DNA of 64,000 nucleotides from assembly GCA_963169645.1 (NCBI GenBank), contig CAUJCO010000013.1, forward strand, positions 198,142 through 262,141, read 5' to 3'. Below are positions 39,617 to 50,540 of the stretch, piece after piece. The translations under genes and the position numbers were made by a program. Numbering within the stretch: the first letter of the stretch is position 1; the number at the start of each line of letters is the position of its first letter. This stretch comes from Bacteroidota bacterium. Lineage in GTDB: Bacteria; Bacteroidota; Bacteroidia; Chitinophagales; JADIYW01. The notes beneath the pieces were generated by a model. The model worked only from the letters and a program-made list of their open reading frames with translations, was not told where the DNA came from and ran no database searches.

Positions 39617-40957
39617 TTAATAGTCTGTGGTAGTCAAATTTCTACCTCTTATTTTTGCTCCCGATTTGGTTAATCCATCATAATGACGACTTAATAAATG
39701 AGAGTTTATTTGCTGCATTGTATCTAAAACAACTGCTACTAAAATCAACAAGGATGTACCTCCGAAGAAATAGGCAAATTGTGTATTTACACCTAACATA
39801 CTTGCGAATGCCGGCATGATGGCAATTAAACCTAAGAATGCAGAGCCCGGCAAGGTGATTCTAGACAATACGGTATCAATGTACTCCGCAGTATTCGCAC
39901 CTGGTTTTACACCCGGAACAAATCCGTTGTTGCGTTTCAAATCATCTGCCATTTGTACGGGATTCATGATTAATGCGGTATAAAAATAGGTGAATAATAC
40001 CACCATCAAGAACATTAATATATTATGTGGTAACGACGTAAAATCAGTCAACTTGCGTAAAAAACCGGAAGCTGCACTATCCGGAAATAATTGAACGAAA
40101 GTACCTGGTATAAATAAGAATGCTTGTGCAAAAATGATAGGCATAACACCTGCTACGTTTACTTTTAATGGTAAGAAACCTCTGCGTTGTGTGTAAGCAT
40201 TATTTCCGCCTGACATTTGTTTTGCATAGCTCAATGGCACTTTACGCACTGCTTGAATCAACATTATCGTGCCTAAAATTACCAATGCCAATATCACCAT
40301 CTCGAATACTAAAAATAAGATTCCGCTACCTGTTGTTGTTCTAGATTTTACTTCAGCCCAGAATGATGCCGGTAAACGAGAAATAATATTTGCCATGATG
40401 ATTAAAGACGTTCCGTTTCCTAAACCTCTTTCTTGTATTTGCTCACCTAACCACATTACAAATATGGTACCTGCCGTTAAAATGATAATAGTAGCAATAG
40501 TAAACAATACCATATTTACATTTGGAGATACCACTCTCATTTGATTTGACAACAAAGAAATGTAAGCAAATGCTTGGAAGCCACCTACTACTACTGTTCC
40601 ATAACGTGTATATTGTGTAATTTTCTTTCTACCACTCTCTCCTTCTTTTTGCATTTTTTGGAAATGTGGAACAGCCAAAGTTAATAACTGCATCACGATA
40701 GATGTAGAGATATATGGCATGATACCTAATGCAAAAATGGATGCTTGCGAGAAAGCTCCACCTGCAAAAAGGTCAAAGATTTGGAACAAGCCACCGGCTC
40801 CGCCATGTTGTGCAGAAACACTAATAGGGTCAACGCCCGGAAGAACTACAAAACATCCTAAACGATAAATAAACAATAGACCTAAGGTTAAGAATATTCT
40901 TTTTCTTAGGTCTTCTATGCTAAAGATGTTTTTTAAGGTGTCTATAAATTGCTTCAT
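39617..40957 (-). CDS. secY: Preprotein translocase subunit SecY
   Basis: 10-TM protein with ...LGIMPYISTSIVMQLL... and ...GNGTSLIIM...; spc-operon position. Confidence 0.95.
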   Translation of the reverse strand: MKQFIDTLKNIFSIEDLRKRIFLTLGLLFIYRLGCFVVLPGVDPISVSAQHGGAGGLFQIFDLFAGGAFSQASIFALGIMPYISTSIVMQLLTLAVPHFQKMQKEGESGRKKITQYTRYGTVVVGGFQAFAYISLLSNQMRVVSPNVNMVLFTIATIIILTAGTIFVMWLGEQIQERGLGNGTSLIIMANIISRLPASFWAEVKSRTTTGSGILFLVFEMVILALVILGTIMLIQAVRKVPLSYAKQMSGGNNAYTQRRGFLPLKVNVAGVMPIIFAQAFLFIPGTFVQLFPDSAASGFLRKLTDFTSLPHNILMFLMVVLFTYFYTALIMNPVQMADDLKRNNGFVPGVKPGANTAEYIDTVLSRITLPGSAFLGLIAIMPAFASMLGVNTQFAYFFGGTSLLILVAVVLDTMQQINSHLLSRHYDGLTKSGAKIRGRNLTTTDY

Positions 40958-40961
40958 AAGC

Positions 40962-41417
40962 TTATGCTATAATTGTGGTAGTACCACTATTTTTCTCGAT
41001 TGCTTCTTTTGCTTTATTACTAAATGCATGTGCTGCTACGTTCAATGAACCTTTTAATTCACCGTTCGCCAATACTTTAATTTTATCAGTAGCTTTTACC
41101 AATTTTAAAGTTCTATATGTTTCGAAGTTGAATTCTGTGATGTTGTTTTTCTCAGCTAATGCTTGTAATTCAGCTAAATTAATTGTTCTGAACTCGATTC
41201 TATTTGGATTTTTAAATCCTCTTTTTGGCAAACGACGTTGTAATGGCATTTGACCACCTTCAAAACCTCTTTTAGATTTGTAACCGGAACGAGATTTAGC
41301 ACCTTTATGACCTTTCCCGGCAGTACCACCGGAGCCAGAACCTTGACCTCTTGCAATACGTTTGCGACCTTTTACGGCACCATTGGCAGGTTTTAAATTA
41401 TTTAAACTGATACTCAT
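40962..41417 (-). CDS. rplO: 50S ribosomal protein L15
   Basis: ...GRKRIARGQGSGSGGTAGKGHKG... Confidence 0.95.
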   Translation of the reverse strand: MSISLNNLKPANGAVKGRKRIARGQGSGSGGTAGKGHKGAKSRSGYKSKRGFEGGQMPLQRRLPKRGFKNPNRIEFRTINLAELQALAEKNNITEFNFETYRTLKLVKATDKIKVLANGELKGSLNVAAHAFSNKAKEAIEKNSGTTTIIA

Positions 41418-41421
41418 TATA

Positions 41422-41601
41422 TTAGATATTTTCTACCGTTACTAAATGTTTTACTTTTGCTACCATACCCAATACTTGTGGAGTAGCTTCTTTTTCTACG
41501 CTTCTGTTTACTTTTTGGATACCTAATGCTTTGATGGTATCTTTTTGGCGTTTACTTCTATCGATGGTACTTTTTACCTGCGTGATTTTAATCTTTGCCA
41601 T
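41422..41601 (-). CDS. rpmD: 50S ribosomal protein L30
   Basis: Below the ORF-track size cutoff. Hand translation gives MAKIKITQVKSTIDRSKRQKDTIKALGIQKVNRSVEKEATPQVLGMVAKVKHLVTVENI*. Lies between rpsE and rplO. Confidence 0.9.
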   Translation of the reverse strand: MAKIKITQVKSTIDRSKRQKDTIKALGIQKVNRSVEKEATPQVLGMVAKVKHLVTVENI

Positions 41602-41605
41602 AGTC

Positions 41606-42127
41606 TTATCCGTTGAATACTTTAGATAATTTTACACCTCTATCACGAGCAACTCGGAATGGGTCTCTTAATAATGTCAATGCTTGAATAGTTGCTTTTA
41701 CTACGTTGTGAGGGTTAGCAGAACCTAATGATTTTGCTAATACGTCGTGAATACCAGCACTTTCTAAAACTGCACGCATAGAACCTCCTGCGATAACACC
41801 CGTACCTTGAGAAGCCGGTTTAATTAACACTTTTGCTCCATCAAATTCAGCTAATTGATCGTGTGGAATAGTTCCTTTTAAGATAGGTACTTTCACTAAG
41901 TTTTTCTTCGCATCATCAATACCTTTTTGGATAGCTTCTTGTACTTCACGTGCTTTTCCTAAGCCGTGACCTACGGTGCCATTTCCGTCGCCTACTACAA
42001 CTAATGCGGAGAAACTGAACGTACGTCCACCTTTCGTAACTTTTGCTACGCGTTGGATGCCTACTACCTTTTCTTTTAATTCGATTTCGGCTGCTGTTCT
42101 AACTTTATTTTCTTTTACTTTTGACAT
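41606..42127 (-). CDS. rpsE: 30S ribosomal protein S5
   Basis: ...[34 protein letters not shown]... Confidence 0.96.
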   Translation of the reverse strand: MSKVKENKVRTAAEIELKEKVVGIQRVAKVTKGGRTFSFSALVVVGDGNGTVGHGLGKAREVQEAIQKGIDDAKKNLVKVPILKGTIPHDQLAEFDGAKVLIKPASQGTGVIAGGSMRAVLESAGIHDVLAKSLGSANPHNVVKATIQALTLLRDPFRVARDRGVKLSKVFNG

Positions 42128-42172
42128 ATCATTTTTTTTTGACTGACACTGGCGAGGTGCCTTTCTTAATTT

Positions 42173-42517
42173 TTAGAATTGTAATCCATTTTCTCTGGCT
42201 GCTTCAGCTAATGCTTTTACTCTGCCGTGATATAAAAATCCATTTCTATCAAAAACTACGGTAGAGATGTTTGCTGCTTTTGCTTTTGTAGCAACTGCTG
42301 CACCTACTGCTTTTGCTTTTTCTGTTTTGCTTCCTGTAGATTTTTGAGAAGAAACAGATAAGATTGTTTTTTTAGATACATCGTCAATTATTTGAGCATA
42401 TATTTCGCTGTTGCTTCTAAAAATGGTTAATCTCGGACGAGCTTCTGTACCGCTGATTTTTTTGCGGATGCTGTATTTGATTTTTTCTCTACGAGATAAT
42501 TTATTGGTTACTGCCAT
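42173..42517 (-). CDS. rplR: 50S ribosomal protein L18
   Basis: ...[20 protein letters not shown]..., ...[26 protein letters not shown]. Confidence 0.95.
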   Translation of the reverse strand: MAVTNKLSRREKIKYSIRKKISGTEARPRLTIFRSNSEIYAQIIDDVSKKTILSVSSQKSTGSKTEKAKAVGAAVATKAKAANISTVVFDRNGFLYHGRVKALAEAARENGLQF

Positions 42518-42562
42518 GACAATAATTTTTATTTTTTGATAGACACTTACTGTGTTCTAATT

Positions 42563-43120
42563 TTATTTTTTACCTGCAGACTTACCTGCTTTTTTACGCA
42601 ATATTTCACCGGCGTATTTGATACCTTTACCTTTGTAAGGTTCTGGTTTTCTCAAGCTTCTGATTTTCGCAGCTACTTGACCGATTAATTGTTTATCGTT
42701 ACTTTCTAAAATGATACGAGGTGGTTGACCTTTTTCCGTAACTGTTGAAAGTTTTACTTCTTCCGGCAACACAACATAAATAGGATGTGAGAAACCGATA
42801 GATAACTCTAACAATTGTCCTTGGTTGCTGGCACGGAAACCGACACCCACAACTTCTAATTGTTTTTTGTAACCTGTGCTTGCACCAACGATTAAGTTGT
42901 TCAACAATGCTCTATATAAACCGTGTAAAGTTTTGTGACGTTTTTGATCAGTTGGTCTTTCAACGATAACTTTTCCGTCTTCTACTTTTACGATGATATC
43001 TCTATCTACTTTTTCTGATAAAGTTCCATTTGGCCCTTTTACTGTAACCACGTTATTATCTGCAACGCTTACTTCAGTTTTTGCCGGTATTGTTATTGGT
43101 AATTTTCCTACGCGTGACAT
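42563..43120 (-). CDS. rplF: 50S ribosomal protein L6
   Basis: MSRVGKLPITIPAKTEV... Confidence 0.95.
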   Translation of the reverse strand: MSRVGKLPITIPAKTEVSVADNNVVTVKGPNGTLSEKVDRDIIVKVEDGKVIVERPTDQKRHKTLHGLYRALLNNLIVGASTGYKKQLEVVGVGFRASNQGQLLELSIGFSHPIYVVLPEEVKLSTVTEKGQPPRIILESNDKQLIGQVAAKIRSLRKPEPYKGKGIKYAGEILRKKAGKSAGKK

Positions 43121-43130
43121 GACTTATATT

Positions 43131-43529
43131 TTAAGATACTATGCAAATAATTTCACCACCTACGTTTAAGTTTTTCGCTTGTTTATCTGTCAAAATTCCT
43201 TTTGATGTAGATAAGATAGCTAAACCTAAGCCGTTTTTCACTCTTGGGATACCTGCTACGTGAGCGTAGCGGCGTAAGCCCGGTTTTGAGATTCTAATTA
43301 ACTCTCTGATTGCCGGTTCTTTTGTTTCCGGATTGTATTTCAATGCAATTTTGATAGTTCCTTGTGGACCTTCTTCATCAAATTTGAATTTTAAAATATA
43401 ACCGTTTTCGTGTAAGATTTCGGTTAATTTTCTCTTCATGTTTGAAGCAGGAATGTCAACGATGGTGTGACCAGCAAGTTGTGCATTTCTGATTCGTGTC
43501 AGGAAATCTGCTATTGGATCTGTAACCAT
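43131..43529 (-). CDS. rpsH: 30S ribosomal protein S8
   Basis: [21 protein letters not shown]... Confidence 0.96.
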   Translation of the reverse strand: MVTDPIADFLTRIRNAQLAGHTIVDIPASNMKRKLTEILHENGYILKFKFDEEGPQGTIKIALKYNPETKEPAIRELIRISKPGLRRYAHVAGIPRVKNGLGLAILSTSKGILTDKQAKNLNVGGEIICIVS

Positions 43530-43698
43530 TTCAATTTTTTGTTTAGACCGCTTAGATGTGAGACTTAAGTCGAATTCGGCTCAGTTTCCCACCTTCACTT
43601 TAATTTATAATTTAATTTTTTTAGACTCTTTGAGTTTTAGAGGTAAGATGTGTGAACAATTTTATTTATCACATTTCTTATCTCTATATTTCTATTTT

Positions 43699-43968
43699 TT
43701 ACCAGCTTGCTTTAGATACACCCGGAATCATTCCGTAGCTTGCCAAATCTCTGAATTGTATTCTTGACAATCCGAAGAATCCGATATAGCCACGTGGTCT
43801 TCCTGTTAACTTACATCTTTTTCTATAACGAACCGGAGATGCATTTTTTGGAAGTTTATCCAATGCTGTATAATCACCAGCTTTTTTAAATTCTTCACGT
43901 TTTGCTTTGTATTTGTTTATTAATTTTAAACGTTTCGCATCACGTGCTTTCATTGATTCTTTTGCCAT
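43699..43968 (-). CDS. rpsN: 30S ribosomal protein S14 (long, non-zinc type)
   Basis: [13 protein letters not shown]...[11 protein letters not shown]...KASW; 89 aa with no CxxC pairs. Confidence 0.95.
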   Translation of the reverse strand: MAKESMKARDAKRLKLINKYKAKREEFKKAGDYTALDKLPKNASPVRYRKRCKLTGRPRGYIGFFGLSRIQFRDLASYGMIPGVSKASW

Positions 43969-43971
43969 AAT

Positions 43972-44523
43972 CTATTTTTTCTTAAATGGTAAGCCAATTT
44001 CTTTTAATAATGAATGTGCTTCGTCATCTGTGTTTGCAGTTGTAACGAATGTAATATCCATACCGCTGATACGTGCAATTTTGTCGATATCAATTTCCGG
44101 AAAGATGATGTGTTCTGTGATACCTAATGTATAGTTACCTCTTCCGTCGAATGATTTGTCGTTGATACCTTTAAAATCACGCACCTGTGGTAACGCTACT
44201 GCCATTAAACGCTCTAAGAATTCGAACATTCTTTCTCCACGCAATGTAACACGAACACCGATTGGCAAGTTCTCTCTTAATTTAAAGTTAGAGATTGCTT
44301 TTTTAGATTTTGTTGCTACTGCTTTTTGTCCGGCAATACGAGAAATTTCGTCGAGTGAATTATCGATTAATTTTTTATCGCCAACTGCTGCACCTACACC
44401 TTGATTGATTACAATCTTAGTTAACTTAGGTACTTGCATTACAGATTTGTAATTGTATTTTGCTTTTAAAGCCGGTACAACTTCCTCTGTATATTTCTTT
44501 TTTAATGTAGGTATATAAGCCAT
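43972..44523 (-). CDS. rplE: 50S ribosomal protein L5
   Basis: ...[21 protein letters not shown]..., ...[18 protein letters not shown]... Confidence 0.96.
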   Translation of the reverse strand: MAYIPTLKKKYTEEVVPALKAKYNYKSVMQVPKLTKIVINQGVGAAVGDKKLIDNSLDEISRIAGQKAVATKSKKAISNFKLRENLPIGVRVTLRGERMFEFLERLMAVALPQVRDFKGINDKSFDGRGNYTLGITEHIIFPEIDIDKIARISGMDITFVTTANTDDEAHSLLKEIGLPFKKK

Positions 44524-44861
44524 TACTTAATTATTTCTCCTGTTTTTTTTGCAATTCGTACAATTTTTCCATCTTCTACTTTTCTGCCAACTTTGGTAGC
44601 GTTACCACCAACAGACAACATTAAGTTAGAGATATGGATAGGTGCCTCTTTTTTAATGATACCACCTTGTTGGTTTTGTGCATTTGGTTTAGTGTGTTTA
44701 GAAACGATTCTAATTCCGGCAACCAATGCTGTATTTTTTGCAGGAAATACTTCTAACACTTTACCGCTTTTACCACGATCTTCTCCGGCAGTTACGATAA
44801 CAGTATCTCCTTTTTTAATTTTTAATTTTGGCGCAAAGCGCTTTTGAGTTGGTGTATTCAT
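44523..44861 (-). CDS. rplX: 50S ribosomal protein L24
   Basis: ...[25 protein letters not shown]... KOW motif. Confidence 0.94.
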   Translation of the reverse strand: MNTPTQKRFAPKLKIKKGDTVIVTAGEDRGKSGKVLEVFPAKNTALVAGIRIVSKHTKPNAQNQQGGIIKKEAPIHISNLMLSVGGNATKVGRKVEDGKIVRIAKKTGEIIK

Positions 44862-44881
44862 AATGATATACGCTTATTTTT

Positions 44882-45250
44882 TTATAATACTTCCGGTGCT
44901 AATGAAATGATTTTCATAAAATCTTTATCTCTCAATTCGCGTGCCACCGGCCCGAAAATACGAGTACCACGTGGTTCATCGTTATTGTTTAATAATACAA
45001 CTGCATTATCATCAAAACGAATGTAAGTGCCGTCTTTACGTTTAATTTCTTTTTTAGTACGAACAACTACTGCTTTCGTTACTTGTTTTTTCTTTACGTT
45101 ACCGCCCGGCATTGCATCTTTTACCGATACGACGATTTTATCGCCGATTGAAGCATAACGTGCTTTTGTTCCTTTCAATACTCTGATGCAAAGTACTTCT
45201 TTGGCGCCGCTGTTATCAGCTACTCGTAGTCTTGATTCTTGTTGTACCAT
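44882..45250 (-). CDS. rplN: 50S ribosomal protein L14
   Basis: [25 protein letters not shown]... Confidence 0.97.
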   Translation of the reverse strand: MVQQESRLRVADNSGAKEVLCIRVLKGTKARYASIGDKIVVSVKDAMPGGNVKKKQVTKAVVVRTKKEIKRKDGTYIRFDDNAVVLLNNNDEPRGTRIFGPVARELRDKDFMKIISLAPEVL

Positions 45251-45252
45251 TG

Positions 45253-45531
45253 TTATTTAGCTTTTTCTACGATTTCAATTAATCTCCATCTTTTAGTTGC
45301 ACTTAATGGGCGTGTTTCCATAATTTTTACGGTATCGCCGATATTGCACTCATTTTTTTCATCGTGAGCGTGGAATTTCTTAGTTTTTTTCAAGAATTTT
45401 CCGTACTTCGGATGTTTTAATTTACGAACAACTGCCACCGTAATTGTTTTATCCATTTTATTGGAAGTAACAACGCCGACTCTCGTTTTTCTTAATTTTC
45501 TTTCGATTGTTGTCTCTGTTGACATCTGCAT
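45253..45531 (-). CDS. rpsQ: 30S ribosomal protein S17
   Basis: ...[21 protein letters not shown]...KYGKF...HAHDE...[16 protein letters not shown]. Confidence 0.95.
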   Translation of the reverse strand: MQMSTETTIERKLRKTRVGVVTSNKMDKTITVAVVRKLKHPKYGKFLKKTKKFHAHDEKNECNIGDTVKIMETRPLSATKRWRLIEIVEKAK

Positions 45532-45536
45532 TTAAT

Positions 45537-45746
45537 TTATGCTTGATTAGTTAATTGTCTTTTTCTTAATTCTGTTTGGATGCGGGCAATGTGTTTTCTC
45601 AATTGTCCTAAATCATTGGTGTTTTCCAATGGTGTAATCGCATGATTGAATTTTAATTTTGTCAATTTCAATTTAGAAGCTGCCAATTCATTATTCAATT
45701 CTTCTACGCTCCAACCTGCTATTTCGCTATATGCTACTGTTGCCAT
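45537..45746 (-). CDS. rpmC: 50S ribosomal protein L29
   Basis: 69 aa with ...LNNELAASKLKLTKLKFNHAITPLENTN.L...R..IARIQTEL; S10-operon slot. Confidence 0.93.
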   Translation of the reverse strand: MATVAYSEIAGWSVEELNNELAASKLKLTKLKFNHAITPLENTNDLGQLRKHIARIQTELRKRQLTNQA

Positions 45747-45759
45747 TTTAATTATTTTT

Positions 45760-46182
45760 TTAGTTACCGTCGTAATCTCTTCTTACGATAAATTTAGTTA
45801 ACACAGGTAATTTTTGAGCTGCTAATGCTAATGACTCTTGAGCTACTTGTTTAGAAACGCCTTCAATTTCAAACATAATTCTGCCCGGTTTTACCACTGC
45901 AACCCAATGGTCTAAAGAACCTTTACCTTTACCCATACGCACCTCTGCCGGTTTTTTAGTGATTGGTTTGTCTGGGAAAATATTGATCCAAACTTTACCT
46001 TCACGTTTCATATTTCTGGTTAAAGCGATACGAGCTGCTTCGATTTGACGGTCTGTTATCCAGCACTCTTCTAATGATTTCAAGCCAAATGAGCCGAATG
46101 ACAATTGCGAACCTTTGTACGCAATGCCTTTCATTTTCATCTTGTGTACTCTTCTAAATTTTACTCTTTTCGGTTGTAACAT
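45760..46182 (-). CDS. rplP: 50S ribosomal protein L16
   Basis: [23 protein letters not shown]...FG.FGLK... Confidence 0.96.
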   Translation of the reverse strand: MLQPKRVKFRRVHKMKMKGIAYKGSQLSFGSFGLKSLEECWITDRQIEAARIALTRNMKREGKVWINIFPDKPITKKPAEVRMGKGKGSLDHWVAVVKPGRIMFEIEGVSKQVAQESLALAAQKLPVLTKFIVRRDYDGN

Positions 46183-46243
46183 AACAACTTTATTTACAAT
46201 TTATGATTTACGATTTGAGATTTTCCAAAAATCGTTTTGATAA

Positions 46244-47044
46244 TTATTTTTTTCTTGGACCTCTGTTTTCTGTTCTTTCGCCTCTTGGTTTTCCGCCTCC
46301 ACGTCTATCACCACCGCCTCTTCTATCATCACGTCTTTCACCACCTCTTCTGTCATCGCGTCTTTCGCCGCCTTTTTTGTTACCTTCTTCCATTCCTACA
46401 TTTGGAGACAAATCGCGTTTTGTAAATACTTCGCCTTTGCAAATCCATACTTTTACACCAATTTTTCCATAAATCGTTTCTGCTTCTTTCCAAGCATAAT
46501 CGATATCAGCTCTAAATGTATGTAAAGGTGTACGACCTTCCTTATACTCTTCACTTCTTGCCATCTCTGCACCACCTAAACGACCGGAGCATTTGATTTT
46601 AATACCTTCTACACCTAAACGCATCGCTGAAGCAATTGCCATTTTCACAGCACGACGGAAGTTTACACGAGCTTCTAATTGTTTGCAAACTGTTTCGCCA
46701 ACGATAGCTGCATCAATTTCCGGTCTTCTAATTTCTACGATATTGATTTGTACATCTTTTTTCGTAATATTTTTGATTTCTTCTTTGATTTTATCTACTT
46801 CGTTTCCACCTTTACCAATAATGATACCCGGACGAGAAGTATTGATAGAAATCGTAATTCTATTTAACGTTCTTTCGATTACTATTTTAGAAATACCGCC
46901 TTTTTGAATACGTGCGTTTAAGTATTTTCTGATTTTTTGATCTTCGATCAATTTATCGCTAAAATCTTTACCGCCATACCAATTAGAATCCCATCCTCTG
47001 ATGATACCTAATCTATTTGCTATCGGATTTGCTTTAGTACCCAT
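46244..47044 (-). CDS. rpsC: 30S ribosomal protein S3 with R/G/D-rich repeat tail
   Basis: [23 protein letters not shown]... with KH and S3-C domains. The C-terminal ~45 aa are [27 protein letters not shown]... Confidence 0.95.
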   Translation of the reverse strand: MGTKANPIANRLGIIRGWDSNWYGGKDFSDKLIEDQKIRKYLNARIQKGGISKIVIERTLNRITISINTSRPGIIIGKGGNEVDKIKEEIKNITKKDVQINIVEIRRPEIDAAIVGETVCKQLEARVNFRRAVKMAIASAMRLGVEGIKIKCSGRLGGAEMARSEEYKEGRTPLHTFRADIDYAWKEAETIYGKIGVKVWICKGEVFTKRDLSPNVGMEEGNKKGGERRDDRRGGERRDDRRGGGDRRGGGKPRGERTENRGPRKK

Positions 47045-47059
47045 TAATTATCTTTTATT

Positions 47060-47497
47060 TTAATTTTCGTTAGTTGATTCTGTTGTTTCAGCAACCAATT
47101 CTGATTGGTTTCTGCTTGCTAATTGTACGGTTATATGGTTAGAACGTTTACGTATTCTGTATGCTCTTCCCTGTGGTGCCGGTTGAAAACGTTTTAAAAT
47201 TCTTGCACTATCTACTAATACTGCTTTGATATATAAATCGCTATCTTCTGCTTTTGTGTCGAATTTTTGTTCCCAGTTAGCAATTGCAGAACGAACTAAT
47301 TTCTCTAATGTTTTCGAAGCATGTTTTGTAGAGAATGTAAGGATGTTTAAAGCTTCCATTACATCTTTTTCACGGATAACATCTGCCAATAATCTCATTT
47401 TACGAGGTGAAGTAGGCACATTTGTCGCACGTGCAGTACAAACTGTCTTTTTCGCTTCTTTTCTAGCATCTGCTGCTAATTTCTTTCTTTGACCCAT
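47060..47497 (-). CDS. rplV: 50S ribosomal protein L22
   Basis: ...ARATNVPTSPRKMRLLADVIR... plus a short acidic tail. Confidence 0.94.
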   Translation of the reverse strand: MGQRKKLAADARKEAKKTVCTARATNVPTSPRKMRLLADVIREKDVMEALNILTFSTKHASKTLEKLVRSAIANWEQKFDTKAEDSDLYIKAVLVDSARILKRFQPAPQGRAYRIRKRSNHITVQLASRNQSELVAETTESTNEN

Positions 47498-47506
47498 GGC
47501 TTATTC

Positions 47507-47773
47507 TTATTTTCTGTTACCTGAATGTCCTTTAAATTGTCTTGTAGGTGAGAATTCTCCCAATTTATGTCCTACCATATTTTCTGTTACATATACCGGA
47601 ATAAATTTATTACCGTTATGTACTGCAAATGTATGTCCTACGAAATCCGGTGTAATCATAGAGGCTCTAGACCAAGTTTTGATTACTGATTTTTTATTCG
47701 ATGCATTCATAGTATCCACTTTACCTTGTAAATGGTATGCTATGTACGGACCTTTTTTTAAACTTCTTGCCAT
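47507..47773 (-). CDS. rpsS: 30S ribosomal protein S19
   Basis: [15 protein letters not shown]..., ...[29 protein letters not shown]. Confidence 0.97.
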   Translation of the reverse strand: MARSLKKGPYIAYHLQGKVDTMNASNKKSVIKTWSRASMITPDFVGHTFAVHNGNKFIPVYVTENMVGHKLGEFSPTRQFKGHSGNRK

Positions 47774-47786
47774 TATGCTTTACTTA

Positions 47787-48611
47787 TTATTTTTTAGCTC
47801 TTGAAATGATGTGTTTGTTGGAAGCTTTTGTTCTGCTTCTAGTTTTTAATCCTTTAGCCGGGATACCTTTTCTTGAACGTGGGTGACCACCTGAAGCTCT
47901 ACCTTCACCACCACCCATCGGATGGTCAACAGGGTTCATCACTACGGCACGAGTTCGAGGTCTTCTACCTGCCCAACGGTTAGCACCAGCTTTACCTTTT
48001 ACTTCCAAGCTATGATCTGAGTTTGAAACGCTTCCGATAGTACCTAAACAAGTACCTAAGATTTGTCTTAACTCACCGGATGGCAATTTTATGTTTGCAT
48101 ATTTTCCATCTTTACCGGAAAGTTGGGCAAATGTACCGGCACTTCTACAAATAGATGCACCTTTACCCGGTTGTAATTCGATGTTATGAATTACAGAACC
48201 TAATGGCATATTAGAAAGTGGCAAAGTATTTCCTACTTCAGGAGCAACTGCTTTACCTGAAATAATTTCTTGACCAACTTTTAAACCTTCCGGTGCGATG
48301 ATATATCTTTTTTCACCATCTTTATATACTACCAATGCAATAAATGCAGAGCGGTTTGGATCGTATTCGATTGTTTTTACAGTAGCCGGAATATCGAATT
48401 TATTTCTTTTAAAATCGATAAGGCGGTATTGTCTTTTGTGTCCACCACCGATATAACGCATTGTCATTTCACCTTTTTGGTTACGACCACCTGATCTCTT
48501 ATTAGAAACTAATAAGGATTTTTCCGGTTTGTCGGTAGTGATTTCTGCGTACGAGTTAGAGATTCTGTATCTTAAACTCGGAGTAATCGGATTATATTTT
48601 TTAGTTGCCAT
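47787..48611 (-). CDS. rplB: 50S ribosomal protein L2
   Basis: ...[15 protein letters not shown]..., ...[14 protein letters not shown]... Confidence 0.97.
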   Translation of the reverse strand: MATKKYNPITPSLRYRISNSYAEITTDKPEKSLLVSNKRSGGRNQKGEMTMRYIGGGHKRQYRLIDFKRNKFDIPATVKTIEYDPNRSAFIALVVYKDGEKRYIIAPEGLKVGQEIISGKAVAPEVGNTLPLSNMPLGSVIHNIELQPGKGASICRSAGTFAQLSGKDGKYANIKLPSGELRQILGTCLGTIGSVSNSDHSLEVKGKAGANRWAGRRPRTRAVVMNPVDHPMGGGEGRASGGHPRSRKGIPAKGLKTRSRTKASNKHIISRAKK

Positions 48612-48630
48612 TGCTTGTACTTCTTTTTAA

Positions 48631-48921
48631 TTAAATTTCGTTGTAGAAATCAATTGTTTCTCCTTTTGCTACTTGAACGATTGCTTTTTTGTAGCTACTT
48701 TTTCTACCTGAGATAATTCTTGTTTTTGTATTGCGATTTTTTGGTTTAGAAGCAATAATTGCAGTATTTACTTCTTCCACATTTACGCCGTACATTTTTT
48801 CAACAGCTTTTTTTATCTCTACTTTGTTTGCCTTTTTTTCAACTAAAAAAGTGTATTTTCCTGCTTTATCTGATAATGCAGATGCTTTTTCGGTAATTAA
48901 AGGTTTTTTCAGAATTTCCAT
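48631..48921 (-). CDS. rplW: 50S ribosomal protein L23
   Basis: MEILKKPLITEKAS...ANK.EIKKAVEKMYGV.V..VNT. Confidence 0.95.
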   Translation of the reverse strand: MEILKKPLITEKASALSDKAGKYTFLVEKKANKVEIKKAVEKMYGVNVEEVNTAIIASKPKNRNTKTRIISGRKSSYKKAIVQVAKGETIDFYNEI

Positions 48922-48927
48922 TCTATA

Positions 48928-49554
48928 TTAATTTTGTGAATTCGCTAATGCTTCAATCGATTTTTCGCTAATTAAAATCGCATTGTTGTTCATAATTTCA
49001 TATGTATTCAAGTTGTCTGCAGTTGCGATTGCAGCACCTTGTACATTTCTACTTGATAAGTAAACGTTTTCGTTTAACTCCGGTAAAATCAATAATGATT
49101 TTTTGTTTTCTAAGCCAAAAGCTTGTAAAAATTTTAAATATTCTTTTGTTTTTGGAGCATCGAAAGAAAAATCTTCTACTATTTTTATTGAACTACCGGC
49201 AGCTTTTACTGATAATGCAGAATGTTTTGCTAATGATTTTACTTTTTTATTTAATTTAAAATCATAGAAACGAGGACGCGGTCCGAAAATACGAGCACCA
49301 CCTTTAAACAAAGGGTTTTTGATACTTCCTTTTCTAGAACCACCTGTACCTTTTTGTTTGTGCAATTTTCTGGTAGAACCTGATAATTCAGATTTTTCTT
49401 TTGTTTTATGTGTACCACTTCTTCTTCCTGCTAAGTATTGTTTAACAGCTAAGTAGATAACATGCTCATTCGGTTCGATACCAAATATTGCATCTGGCAA
49501 TTCGATACTGCGACCTGTAGCTTGTCCGTTTACATTATATACTTCTGCTTTCAT
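48928..49554 (-). CDS. rplD: 50S ribosomal protein L4
   Basis: ...AVKQYLAGRRSGTHKTKEKSELSGSTRKLHKQKGTGGSR.GS... Confidence 0.95.
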   Translation of the reverse strand: MKAEVYNVNGQATGRSIELPDAIFGIEPNEHVIYLAVKQYLAGRRSGTHKTKEKSELSGSTRKLHKQKGTGGSRKGSIKNPLFKGGARIFGPRPRFYDFKLNKKVKSLAKHSALSVKAAGSSIKIVEDFSFDAPKTKEYLKFLQAFGLENKKSLLILPELNENVYLSSRNVQGAAIATADNLNTYEIMNNNAILISEKSIEALANSQN

Positions 49555-49594
49555 CTTTTATTTTATTTCAATCTAAATCCTATGGATTCTTTGA

Positions 49595-50215
49595 TTATTT
49601 TTTCTTTTCGATTATTACGTAAGCACCATTATGACCTGGTATAGAACCTTTCACGATGATTAGATTCTCGTCATTCAATACTTTCACGATTTTCATGTTT
49701 TGTTCTTTCACTCTGTCAGTACCCATACGACCACCCATTTTCATTCCTTTCATAACACGTGCCGGTGTAGAACAAGCACCTAATGAACCTGGTGCACGCA
49801 AACGATTGTGCTGACCGTGTGTTTGACCACCTACACCACTAAAGTTGTGACGTTTTACAACACCTTGAAAGCCTTTCCCTTTGGATGTTCCAACAATGTT
49901 TACTTTTTCTCCTTCCGCTAAAATTTCAGAGGTTACGACATCACCAACATTTAAGTTGTCCATTCCTTTAAACTCTACTAATTTTGCTTTTGGTGCACCA
50001 CCTGATTTCTCAAAGTGGTTTTTCATAGGCTTTGTTGTATTTTTTTCTTTCTTATCGCCGTATCCTAATTGAATTGCATCGTACCCATCTTTATCTTTTG
50101 ATTTTTTTTGAGTAACTACGCAAGGACCAGCTTGAATAACTGTGCATGGAATAATTGCACCGCCTTCGCCGAAAATACTGGTCATACCTATTTTTGTTCC
50201 TATTAATCCTGCCAT
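49595..50215 (-). CDS. rplC: 50S ribosomal protein L3
   Basis: [15 protein letters not shown]..., ...[18 protein letters not shown]...THG... Confidence 0.96.
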   Translation of the reverse strand: MAGLIGTKIGMTSIFGEGGAIIPCTVIQAGPCVVTQKKSKDKDGYDAIQLGYGDKKEKNTTKPMKNHFEKSGGAPKAKLVEFKGMDNLNVGDVVTSEILAEGEKVNIVGTSKGKGFQGVVKRHNFSGVGGQTHGQHNRLRAPGSLGACSTPARVMKGMKMGGRMGTDRVKEQNMKIVKVLNDENLIIVKGSIPGHNGAYVIIEKKK

Positions 50216-50221
50216 GACTTA

Positions 50222-50527
50222 TTATACTTTAATTTCTACATCCACACCACTTGGTAATTCTAATTTCATCAATGCATCTACAGTTTTTGGTGTTGCACTA
50301 TAAATGTCTAATAATCTTTTATACGTACACAATTTGAATTGTTCACGTGCCACTTTGTTTACGTGTGGAGATTTTAATACGGTAAAAATCTTCTTGTTAG
50401 TAGGCAATGGAATTGGACCTGTTACTACAGCTCCTGCACTGCGTACTGTTTTCACGATTTTCTCAGCAGACTTATCTACTAAGTTGTGATCGTATGATTT
50501 TAATTTTATTCTAATTTTTTGTGCCAT
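50222..50527 (-). CDS. rpsJ: 30S ribosomal protein S10
   Basis: [25 protein letters not shown]...GPIPLPT... Confidence 0.97.
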   Translation of the reverse strand: MAQKIRIKLKSYDHNLVDKSAEKIVKTVRSAGAVVTGPIPLPTNKKIFTVLKSPHVNKVAREQFKLCTYKRLLDIYSATPKTVDALMKLELPSGVDVEIKV

Positions 50528-50540
50528 GATATAATTACTA

